Under the pieces are notes generated by a model, which saw only the letters and a program-made list of their open reading frames with translations, made no database searches and was not told where the DNA came from. Positions 1 to 8,144 of a stretch of DNA of 64,000 nucleotides are shown in pieces. The translations under genes were made by a program, and so were the position numbers. The stretch comes from Polyangiales bacterium (lineage in GTDB: Bacteria; Myxococcota_A; Polyangia; Polyangiales; JADJQN01): the NCBI GenBank assembly GCA_964202905.1, contig CAXNJO010000004.1, positions 352,001 to 416,000 of the forward strand. Direction: 5' to 3'. Within the stretch, counting starts at the first letter, position 1. Each line of letters begins with the position of its first letter.

Positions 1-1629
1 ATCGATGACGTGCGCAAATCCCTCTACGTGGTTCGCGGGGACGTCGTGGCCCGCAACGTGGTTCTGCGGAATGCCGTCGTCTTCGGAAGCATCCGCGCGA
101 CGAACATCACCCTCGAGCACTGCATCGTATTCGGCCAGCTCGTCGCCAAGGAGCGCTGCACGGTCGCTTGTTCAACCATCATGGCTTATCAGGCACCGAA
201 GGTGGAGTTGCGTGGTCCATGCGCCTTCTTCTTCGCATCGGGGGAGAGCCACTCTGCACCGGAATGGCTGGACTACACGGACAGCGTCGGCCGCAAATGG
301 CCATGGAGCGCAAAATTCTATCCACTCACGCGCCGTTCAGCGGACTTCCCGATCGGCAATCGTCCCTGGCGTGACGGGGACGCTTCGCCCGACACGCTCC
401 TCGTCCACGCGGACTGGGTCCGTACCGAGGTGGTCGAGGTTCATCAAAAGGCAGGCTCTGCGGAGGCACTGGAGACCCACAAGGAGCGCTACGTCCTCTC
501 GATCGGCCCGCGCGCGCTGGACTTCGCGTCCATCGAAGCCTCCGTGCTGACCACGGCCTGGCTCTTCGGCTCTGCGCTCGAATGGGGCCACTATGCCGAG
601 CCCACGCGGGAAGAGGTGCGACGCCGAGTCACCGCGCGGTGCTCGCCCCAGGAAGCGCACGCCTTCGACATCGCGACCGTTCGCGAGCCCCTCCACGTAG
701 AACGAATCCCCACGGACGGCACGCCGTCCACTCAATCCGTGCCAGGCGTGACAGCGGCTTCAATGCGCGCTCCTACAGGGGCTGGGATATCGAGTCCGGT
801 AGTCGGAGTGTCGAAACCCGTCGTTGTCGGGAGGCCCGCAGCGCCGACCTCCTGGAATTCTGGGTTGCCGACCCAATCTGCGGATCAGCCAGCCTCACCG
901 CCACTGGCAGCGAAAGCCGATATCTCTCAGGCCGGGCCGGCGGCTGATCCCATGGTGTCGCCCACAGAAACACCCGCGACCGGCGGAGCGTACACAAACG
1001 CGCCGTCGTCCCCGTCCAGAGTGCCGGTCAAGCCGCCATCAACGGGTTCGCAAGTCATCAAGTCCGCGGAGGATGACCCAACCCAGAAGTCAGCGCATCG
1101 GCCGACCGAGGCGCCCGCGCCCCTCCCAGCACCAGCGGTGTCCCACATGGAAGATACGGCGGTACGCGTCCCTTCTACGCGCGCCTCCATGCCAACGCTG
1201 ATGCACTTCTCGCGTCCGCCAGCGACTTCGACGGAAGCGACCTCGACGAACAGTCCGGCGCCTCCGATTCCGCGGCGCGTCTCAACGCCGACGCTCCTGC
1301 AAATCGCACCTCCATCGATCCCACCGACGGAAGATTCCCGCCCCTCAGCGGGGCCCGATTTGCCCGAGCCTCCCGCCGGAACGCAGGCCGCACCGACCCA
1401 GTCCATCAACGAACCGAGTTCCGAGGACATTCTCGCGCTCTTCGGAGCATTCAAGTCGACGATGCAATCCATCGGACTAGACGGCAACAACCTGAAGTTC
1501 CTCGAATTCTCGGAAAACGCTCGCCGAGCGTGGGCACGCGCCGCGGAGCAGCTACCCGGACGGTCGATTCGCCTGGTGCCATTTCCCAAGGACGGTCGAG
1601 TGAGTCTACGGGTCGAAGTCGTACATTGA
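1..1629 (+). CDS. Bactofilin-like (polymer-forming) beta-helix protein with a long Pro/Ser/Thr linker and a C-terminal MXAN_5187-C-like domain; 5' end outside the window
   Basis: Frame open from base 1. ~17-aa repeats VRGDVVARNVVL / VFGSIRATNITL / VFGQLVAKERCT. Low-complexity middle. C-terminus LFGAFKSTMQSIG...LKFLEFSEN...IRLVPFPKDGRVSLRV resembles the myxobacterial MXAN_5187 C-terminal domain. Confidence 0.6.
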   Translation: MDDVRKSLYVVRGDVVARNVVLRNAVVFGSIRATNITLEHCIVFGQLVAKERCTVACSTIMAYQAPKVELRGPCAFFFASGESHSAPEWLDYTDSVGRKWPWSAKFYPLTRRSADFPIGNRPWRDGDASPDTLLVHADWVRTEVVEVHQKAGSAEALETHKERYVLSIGPRALDFASIEASVLTTAWLFGSALEWGHYAEPTREEVRRRVTARCSPQEAHAFDIATVREPLHVERIPTDGTPSTQSVPGVTAASMRAPTGAGISSPVVGVSKPVVVGRPAAPTSWNSGLPTQSADQPASPPLAAKADISQAGPAADPMVSPTETPATGGAYTNAPSSPSRVPVKPPSTGSQVIKSAEDDPTQKSAHRPTEAPAPLPAPAVSHMEDTAVRVPSTRASMPTLMHFSRPPATSTEATSTNSPAPPIPRRVSTPTLLQIAPPSIPPTEDSRPSAGPDLPEPPAGTQAAPTQSINEPSSEDILALFGAFKSTMQSIGLDGNNLKFLEFSENARRAWARAAEQLPGRSIRLVPFPKDGRVSLRVEVVH

Positions 1630-1663
1630 CCGAACATCAAGTTTGAACGAGCAGGAAACCATC

Positions 1664-3025
1664 ATGGGCATCCTCGATTTCCTCACGAAACCGGTTCGCG
1701 ATCAGTTCATCGCGCGGCACCCGTCGGCGATGGATGCGTTGGTGTTCCGGCATCCGGACCAGAGCCTTCCGTGGGGCGCGAAGGTGACGGTGCGCGCGGA
1801 CGAACAGGCACTCTTCTTCCGTGAGGGGCGACTGTTCAGCGCACTCGGGCCGGGGACGCACACCCTCGAGACACGGCACCTGCCGTTTCTCGGCGATCTC
1901 CTGGTCAGCCCGCTGACGGGTGATCAGCACTTCATCACCGAGCTGTTCTTCGTCCGCACGAGCGAGCAGGCCCTCGCGCTCGGGCCGATGTCGGTGGGCA
2001 TGCACCGGGATCTCGGCTCGGGGCATCTCGTATCGATTCTCGCGAGAGCGCGCGTGAACGTGCGCGTGGCCGACGCCGCGCGGCTCATCGTGGGGCTCGG
2101 GGGCCTTCGCGAGGATTCCGGGGCTCGTGTCGAGGAGGCCATTCGAGATCGGATGTCGTCCCTGCTCTCCGCGTGCGTGGGTGAGCTGGCGAGTTCGGCG
2201 TCGGTGGTCGAACTCGTCTCCAACCGCTTCTCGGAAGAGATGGGACAGCGCGCGATGCAATTGGCCGAGGAGAGCCTCCTCGACACGGGCGTACGGCTCG
2301 TCCGGATGATGGCGTTGCAGCTCTCGCTCGACGCCGAGTCCGAACGGACGCTGCGCGACTTCGGCGCAGCGCAGGCGCGCCTGAACATCGAGCGTCAGGG
2401 CGCGGACGTGGCGACGACGCCGGGATTCGCGGCCTACCACGCGGCCCACGGGCAGCGCGCGCTCCTCGAGGGGATGGGCACAGGCGCGGCGAAACACGGC
2501 GCGCCGGCGATGCTGATGCCGCTCGCGATGGGCGGCGTGCCGGGCACGTCGGTGCCCTCCTTCGGGACTTCGGCGATTCCCGCTTCGCCCTGGGGCGGCA
2601 TCACGACGCGACTTTCGCGGCCCCCGGAAGAAGCCCGCTACGAGCTGCGCACTTCGCGCGGCATCGACGGCCCGTTCGTCGAGCGGCAGGTCGCGTTGCG
2701 GCTGCGCGTGGCCGGCTTCGATGCCGCCCAGACCTACATCCGTCGCGTCGGCGAGACAGGCTGGACACCCCTCGAGGAACATCCCGTCGCGCGTACTCTG
2801 ATCCAGCAGTCGAAGGCGCTCCCGCTCCGCGCTGGCGTCGGCCCGAACAAGACGGAGCGCTTCGACCAGGCGCTCGAGCTGGCGGCGGCCGACGGTGTCC
2901 TCGCCGCGGCCGAGTTGACGCTCCTCGCCCGGATTGCGCACGAATCTGGCCTCGCCGCAGACCTCGACGCCGCGCGCGACTACGTGCTCGTGCGCGCCCG
3001 AGCGCTCGGTCTCACCCTGCCCTGA
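1664..3025 (+). CDS. SPFH/Band-7 (YdjI-like) protein with a GYF_2-like domain and a TerB-like C-terminal helical domain
   Basis: ATG at 1664 after AGGAAACC. GAKVTVRADEQALFFREG...GPGTHTLETRHLPFL is a YdjI-type SPFH motif. YELRTSRGIDGPF...TYIRRVGETGWTPLEEHP is GYF_2-like. AAADGVLAAAELTLL is TerB-like. Confidence 0.8.
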   Translation: MGILDFLTKPVRDQFIARHPSAMDALVFRHPDQSLPWGAKVTVRADEQALFFREGRLFSALGPGTHTLETRHLPFLGDLLVSPLTGDQHFITELFFVRTSEQALALGPMSVGMHRDLGSGHLVSILARARVNVRVADAARLIVGLGGLREDSGARVEEAIRDRMSSLLSACVGELASSASVVELVSNRFSEEMGQRAMQLAEESLLDTGVRLVRMMALQLSLDAESERTLRDFGAAQARLNIERQGADVATTPGFAAYHAAHGQRALLEGMGTGAAKHGAPAMLMPLAMGGVPGTSVPSFGTSAIPASPWGGITTRLSRPPEEARYELRTSRGIDGPFVERQVALRLRVAGFDAAQTYIRRVGETGWTPLEEHPVARTLIQQSKALPLRAGVGPNKTERFDQALELAAADGVLAAAELTLLARIAHESGLAADLDAARDYVLVRARALGLTLP

Positions 3026-4989
3026 CGGCCCTCCGCCGCGCGGGCGCGAAGCACCTCGAGGCGGCGCTCGACGAAGCCCGCCGCGCGCAGCGACATGGCC
3101 ATGATGGTGAGTTGCGGGTTGACGCCGAGCGCGCCCGGGAGGGCCGACCCGTCGCAGACGAAGAGGTTGTGCACGTCGTGCGCCTCGTGCGTCGCGTCGA
3201 CGACCGAGCGCCAGGGATCGCGCCCCATACGGCACGTGCCGAGCGGGTGGTACGCGGAGATGTCCATGTGCCGCGCGGCGAGGTCGGCGCGCTCGAGCGC
3301 CTCGACGTCCGCGAGGCTCGCGAGGCGTTCGTGCCCGGCGATGGGCGGGTGCACGGTCTGCGCGCCCGCCGCGAAGAAGACCCGCGCGAGGATCGCGTAG
3401 CCGCGCTGCATGCGCGCGCGGTCGTGGCGGCCGAGCCAGTAGGCGAGCCGCGGCGCGCCGTCGTCGCCGAGCGTCACGCGCCCGCGCGATCGGTCCTTGA
3501 TCAGGAAGCCGAAGCCCACCGAGCGGCGGTACTGCTCCATCAGCGCGGTAAACGGCGGGCCGTACGTCGTGAGCGTCGCGGCCGTCACGTCGAGCGGCGC
3601 GTGCGCCCCCTCGAAGAGCAGGCCCTCGTCGCGGAACTCGTCGATCGCATAGCCCTGCGGGACGCTGCGCCAGCCCTCGAGATCCTCGCCGAACACGCCG
3701 ATCGCCGACGACGCGGGGTGGATCGAGAGGTTGCGCCCGACCTCGCCGGACGCGTTGGCAGCGCCTCCGCGCAAGAGCAGCGCGGGCGTGTGGAGCGCCC
3801 CACACGCGAGCACCACGACGCGCGCACGCACGCTCACGCGCACGGTGCCCGTCGGTCCGCGCGCCGTGCCCGTGACGCCGACGGCCGTCTCGCCCTCGTC
3901 CTCGGTGAGCACGCGATCGACCGCGAATCCCGTGAGCATTTGCGCGCCCGCGGCGAGCGCAGCGGGCACCCAGGAGACGTTCGCCGAGCGCTTGGCGTCC
4001 GTCGGGCAGCCGAAACAGCAAAGGCCTTGACCATCACAGCCGGGGGCATTGCGTGGGAGCGCGTGGTGCGCGTAGCCGAGCGCGTCGCAGCCCCGGGCGA
4101 TCACGTCGGCGGGCTTGCCGAGCGCCGACGCGGACGAGGGCGCGACGCCGAGGAAGGACTCGACCGCCTCGTAGTGCGGCGCGAGATCGGCGGGACCGAG
4201 GCCCGTGATCCCCTGCGAATCGCGCCATTCCGCGAGGGTTTGCGCGGGCGCGCGCAGGCAGGTGCCGGAGTTGATGAGCGTCGAGCCACCGACGGCCATC
4301 CCGACGGGGATGGGGATCGCCGTGTTCCCGAGCGCGACGGTGAACCCGCCCGCGCGATAGGCCTTCTTCATCATCGAGAGCGGGCGCCCGTCGAAGTCGA
4401 GCCGCGTCAGGTGCGGGCCCTCCTCGACCATGAGCACCGCGTGGCCGCGCTCGGCGAGGGCCTTCGCGAGGGGCGCCCCGCCCGCGCCCGTCCCGACCAC
4501 GACCACGTCGCACTCGAGCGTCTCCCCGTCCGCGAGCGCGCCTGCGTCCGTGATCTGCCGGCGCCAGCGCGCGGGCTCGAGCGCGGCGGGCCGCTCGACG
4601 CCGTAGCGGCAGCCGATCGCCGCATAGACCTGCGGGTCGTCGAAGTGCGCGAGCTTGATCGGCGCGAGCAGCCCGCGGAGCGGCACGCGCAGCAGCTCCG
4701 AGCGGCTCCACGCGTCGAGGGCCGCGAGGCGCCCCGCGCCCGACTGCGCCGAGAAGCGCGTGCCCGTCCGCGCGAGCGTCTGCATCTCCAGCGACCAGAG
4801 CAGCGCGCGGTAGCCCCGCGCCACGGACGGCGCAGCGCCCGCGAAGAAGCGCTCCACGCGCCGGTACGTCCCCTCGCCGGGCGCGGCGAGCAGCGCCCCC
4901 GCAGGCAGCGCGACCTCGCCGAGCGCACGCAGAATGGCCCGCTCGCGCGCGTCGAACACGTCCGTCGCGCCCCCGCGCGTCGCGGCCAT
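2980..4989 (-). CDS. GMC family FAD oxidoreductase (fatty-alcohol/cholesterol-oxidase-like)
   Basis: VVVVGTGAGG FAD motif, VGGSTLIN, CDGQGLCCFGCP, SAYHPLGTCRMG, NLFVCDGSALP, VNPQLTI. Start at MAATRGG. Confidence 0.9.
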   Translation of the reverse strand: MAATRGGATDVFDARERAILRALGEVALPAGALLAAPGEGTYRRVERFFAGAAPSVARGYRALLWSLEMQTLARTGTRFSAQSGAGRLAALDAWSRSELLRVPLRGLLAPIKLAHFDDPQVYAAIGCRYGVERPAALEPARWRRQITDAGALADGETLECDVVVVGTGAGGAPLAKALAERGHAVLMVEEGPHLTRLDFDGRPLSMMKKAYRAGGFTVALGNTAIPIPVGMAVGGSTLINSGTCLRAPAQTLAEWRDSQGITGLGPADLAPHYEAVESFLGVAPSSASALGKPADVIARGCDALGYAHHALPRNAPGCDGQGLCCFGCPTDAKRSANVSWVPAALAAGAQMLTGFAVDRVLTEDEGETAVGVTGTARGPTGTVRVSVRARVVVLACGALHTPALLLRGGAANASGEVGRNLSIHPASSAIGVFGEDLEGWRSVPQGYAIDEFRDEGLLFEGAHAPLDVTAATLTTYGPPFTALMEQYRRSVGFGFLIKDRSRGRVTLGDDGAPRLAYWLGRHDRARMQRGYAILARVFFAAGAQTVHPPIAGHERLASLADVEALERADLAARHMDISAYHPLGTCRMGRDPWRSVVDATHEAHDVHNLFVCDGSALPGALGVNPQLTIMAMSLRAAGFVERRLEVLRARAAEGRQGRVRPSARARTST

Positions 4990-4990
4990 C

Positions 4991-5467
4991 TCAGCCGCCC
5001 CGCAGCGCTTCGCGCGCGACCGCACGACGCCGCACGTCGAGCACGCGCTGCTGCACCCGCGCGACGGGCAGCCACGACGCGAGAAAGCGCGGCAGCGTGC
5101 GCAGCGCGAAGCCGAGCTCGCCCTCCGCGCGCACCACGCCCTCCGCGTCGCGCAGCGTCACGGGCATGCGCGTCATCGATCGCAGCGGCGCGCGCAGCGA
5201 GACACGCTTCTGCGCGTCGAGCGTGAGCGCGTCCCCGCCGGGCAGCGCGAGCCGCAGCGCGTAGGTGATCGTGCGGGCGCGCGCGTCGATCGCGAGCGTG
5301 CCGTGTGCGGGCACCTCGGCCCCCCACGGCAGCGCCCACGCGAGCCCGCGCAGCGCGAAACGCCCGCCCGCGCCGCCGTGCGCGCTCACCTCGAAGCGCA
5401 GCGGCGTCCGGACGCCCGCGCGGTCCCGGACCGTGCCCTCCATCGTCTCGACGAACGAAAGCTGCAT
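4991..5467 (-). CDS. Hypothetical protein in the GMC operon
   Basis: 158-aa ORF (MQLSFVETMEG...), G/A-rich RBS, 1 nt from the GMC start. Confidence 0.75.
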   Translation of the reverse strand: MQLSFVETMEGTVRDRAGVRTPLRFEVSAHGGAGGRFALRGLAWALPWGAEVPAHGTLAIDARARTITYALRLALPGGDALTLDAQKRVSLRAPLRSMTRMPVTLRDAEGVVRAEGELGFALRTLPRFLASWLPVARVQQRVLDVRRRAVAREALRGG

Positions 5468-5496
5468 CGCCCCCTCCCCTCCCCCGCGCGCCCCGC

Positions 5497-6543
5497 TCAG
5501 ACCACGGGTACGCCCGGCTCGGCCTCGCGCCGCAGCAGCTCGAGCGCGCCGCCGTGCGCCGACCGGCGACTGAATGGCGGTTCACCCTTTGGGCGAACCT
5601 CGAGCAGCACCTCGGCGAGCTTGCTGTTGAAGCAGTACGCCATCGCGTGATCCGGGCTCTCGTAGCCGAGGCACGCGAACGGCTGCGACGTCGCGTCCAT
5701 GCGCAGGCGCAGCTCGCCCGCGGGCCCCGCGAGCCGCAGCGTCCAGCGCGTCGTCGAGAGCTGCGCCTCCTGCCGCCAGACGTCGAAGACGCGGTCGAAG
5801 CGGTACTCGCGCGCGCCGCGCCGCACGACCGCCGCCGAGAGCCGCGGCGAGGTGTGGCCGCCCACGCGCACGCGCCCCGAGAAGCCCTCGACCATCGCCT
5901 CCGGCTCGCCCGCCTCGGCCGGGAAGAGGCACTGCCCCCACGCGTACTCGAAGGCGTGCTCGCGCCCCCAGTTGTGCCCGCCCATGCCCGTCCAGCCGTC
6001 GAGCGAGACCGACTCCGAGGTCCCCGGCGCGCCCCCGAGCGCAGGCACCGTGGCGTGCCCGGCGAGCACGATCGACGGGCTCGGCGTGAGCAGTTTCGAC
6101 CGCGGGAACGGCCCCTCGCGCAGGAATCGCCACGGGTAGATCGAGAGCGGCTCGGCCACGGGCGACGGCGCCGCCGACCAGCGCAGCGCGAACGAGGCGT
6201 GCGCGTCGCCGCGCTGCACGCGCCCCTCGGCCGCGCCCGCCGACGCGACGCGCAGCGACCAATCGCCGATCGCGACGGCGGCGCCCTCGGGCGTCGCGCG
6301 GAACATCCCCGGCGCGAGCGGATGCGTGTGCTTGCCCGCGAAGGTGCGGCCCGCCTCGCCGTCGAACCAGATCAGCCAGGTCTCGGCGACCGCGGGCGCA
6401 TCGAGCGGCGCGAGGATCGTCGCCTTGATCCAGAGCGCGCGGGGGCGGTGCGGATCGTTCGCGCGGAGGAAGTAGCTCTCGACGTGGCCGGGCGTGCCGG
6501 CGTAGCGCGGCGCGTTCGGCGGGAGCTCGGCGCTGTGCCTCAT
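5497..6543 (-). CDS. Tocopherol-cyclase-like protein
   Basis: HVESYFLRAN...ALWIKATI and WTGMGGHNWGREHAFEYAWGQC motifs. ATGA overlap with the upstream regulator. Confidence 0.65.
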   Translation of the reverse strand: MRHSAELPPNAPRYAGTPGHVESYFLRANDPHRPRALWIKATILAPLDAPAVAETWLIWFDGEAGRTFAGKHTHPLAPGMFRATPEGAAVAIGDWSLRVASAGAAEGRVQRGDAHASFALRWSAAPSPVAEPLSIYPWRFLREGPFPRSKLLTPSPSIVLAGHATVPALGGAPGTSESVSLDGWTGMGGHNWGREHAFEYAWGQCLFPAEAGEPEAMVEGFSGRVRVGGHTSPRLSAAVVRRGAREYRFDRVFDVWRQEAQLSTTRWTLRLAGPAGELRLRMDATSQPFACLGYESPDHAMAYCFNSKLAEVLLEVRPKGEPPFSRRSAHGGALELLRREAEPGVPVV

Positions 6544-7280
6544 CGGCGGCTCCGCGTGCGCTTGCGGGGCTCGGGCCCGGCCGCGGTCGTCGGCGGGACG
6601 GCGCGCAGGGCCGTCTCGGCGTGGGCGCGCATCGCGGCCCCCGCGGCGGTGACGTCGCGGCGGCGCATCGCCTCGACCGCGCGCCGGTGGTGCGAGGCGT
6701 CGAAGACCTCGTCGCCGTAGAGGTGCGCGAAGCGCTCGCGGCCCGTGTCGTAGAGGCGCCGCACGAAGCCCGCGAAGAGCTGCAGGAGGCGGTTGCCGCC
6801 GATCGCGACGAGCGCCTCGAAGAAGTCGTAGTCGAGGTCCTGCCGCGCGGCCGCGGCGCGCGTCTGTTCGAGGCGCCGCGCGAGCGCGTCGAGGCGCGCG
6901 AGCGAGGCGGGATCGGCCTGCAGCGTGGCGCGCTCGGCGGCCCAGCCGAGCAGCATCGCGCGCAGCTCGTGGAGGTCACGGAGGATGCCGGGATCGACCT
7001 CGGCCCCCTCCTCGAAGAAGTGCGGTACGAGCTCGAGACCGGCGGAGAGGAAGATGTCCGCGACGCGCGTCGCGCTGCCCTGCCGCACGTGCACGAGCCC
7101 CCACGACTCGAGGCGGCGCACGGCCTCGCGGATCGACGCGCGGTTCACGTCCCACGTGTCGGCGAGCGTGCGCTCCGAGGGCAGCGCGTCCCCCGGACGC
7201 AGCTCGCCGGCGACGATGGCGCGGCGCAGCGCACCGGCGATGCGGTCGGCGACTTTGGCGGGCGAGGCAGGCGTGTCCAC
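6540..7280 (-). CDS. GntR family, FadR-subfamily transcriptional regulator
   Basis: GELRPGDALPSERTLA...VNRASIREAVRRLESWGLV wHTH followed by an FCD-like C-terminus. GTG start at 7280 inferred. Confidence 0.9.
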   Translation of the reverse strand: MDTPASPAKVADRIAGALRRAIVAGELRPGDALPSERTLADTWDVNRASIREAVRRLESWGLVHVRQGSATRVADIFLSAGLELVPHFFEEGAEVDPGILRDLHELRAMLLGWAAERATLQADPASLARLDALARRLEQTRAAAARQDLDYDFFEALVAIGGNRLLQLFAGFVRRLYDTGRERFAHLYGDEVFDASHHRRAVEAMRRRDVTAAGAAMRAHAETALRAVPPTTAAGPEPRKRTRSRR

Positions 7281-7293
7281 TGGTCGGACCAGT
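7279..7293. promoter_or_regulatory. FadR-type operator palindrome ACTGGTC-G-GACCAGT
   Basis: Perfect inverted repeat matching the FadR consensus CTGGTCnGACCAG; overlaps the inferred regulator start. Confidence 0.8.
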
Positions 7294-7353
7294 ATCACGC
7301 GACACGAGCCACATACAACTGATTTCACATATTTCGTTCTATTTTATCGCGAC

Positions 7354-7367
7354 AACTGGTCAACCAG
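7354..7367. promoter_or_regulatory. Second FadR-like site AACTGGTCAACCAG
   Basis: CTGGT-CA-ACCAG inverted repeat beside the AT-rich divergent promoter (7311-7350). Confidence 0.6.
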
Positions 7368-7424
7368 CGCCACGGACTCACCCGACGAGACACGCCGCGC
7401 CGCCTCTCGTAGACTCGGCGCCGC

Positions 7425-8132
7425 GTGTCGCTCCTCGACGTCGATCCCGCGTGCCTCGCGGCTGCCGAGCACCCCGCGGGGAGCGTGCCCGCGCAGGCCG
7501 GCGCGCCGCGTCGCGTGCCGCTCTTCCGGCACCCGGCCGTCGATCGACTGCTCACGCGGACCCCGCCGTGGCTGCCCTTCGTCGTCTACGCGCCGGCCGT
7601 CGCGGGGCTGCTGGCGTCGCACCGGGAAGCGGGCGCCGCGCGGCTCGCGGGGGCGTCGCTCGCGGGCGTGCTGCTCTGGACGCTGATCGAGTACCTGCTG
7701 CACCGCTTCGGCCTGCACCTGCCGCAGCGCACGCGCGCGTGGCGCGTCGCCTACTTCGTGGTGCACGGGCACCACCACGCGGCCCCGCGCGACGCGGAGC
7801 GCCTGGTCGCCACGATCCCGCAGAGCGCGCTGCTGCTCGCGCTCGTGCACGGGGTCGCGACGCTCGTCCTCGGCGCGTCGGAGGCCACGCACGGCCCGGC
7901 GCTCGCCGCGGGGATCCTCGCGGGCACCACCCTCGGCTACCTGCTCTACGAGGCCGCGCACTGGGGCATCCACCACGCGCGCCGCCCCGGCCCGTGGTTG
8001 CGCGCCCTCGCGCGGCACCACCTCGCGCACCACGGCGAACCGACGAGCCGCTATGGGATCAGCAGCCCGCTCTGGGATCACGTGCTGCGCACGCTGCCGA
8101 CGCCGCGCGCCCGTGCACGATCCGGCGGCTGA
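7425..8132 (+). CDS. Fatty acid hydroxylase / sterol desaturase family protein (FA2H-like)
   Basis: His boxes EYLLHRFGLH, HGHHH, YEAAHWGIHH, HHLAHH, plus YGISSPLWD. Confidence 0.9.
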   Translation: MSLLDVDPACLAAAEHPAGSVPAQAGAPRRVPLFRHPAVDRLLTRTPPWLPFVVYAPAVAGLLASHREAGAARLAGASLAGVLLWTLIEYLLHRFGLHLPQRTRAWRVAYFVVHGHHHAAPRDAERLVATIPQSALLLALVHGVATLVLGASEATHGPALAAGILAGTTLGYLLYEAAHWGIHHARRPGPWLRALARHHLAHHGEPTSRYGISSPLWDHVLRTLPTPRARARSGG

Positions 8133-8144
8133 GGGCGTGCGCGG

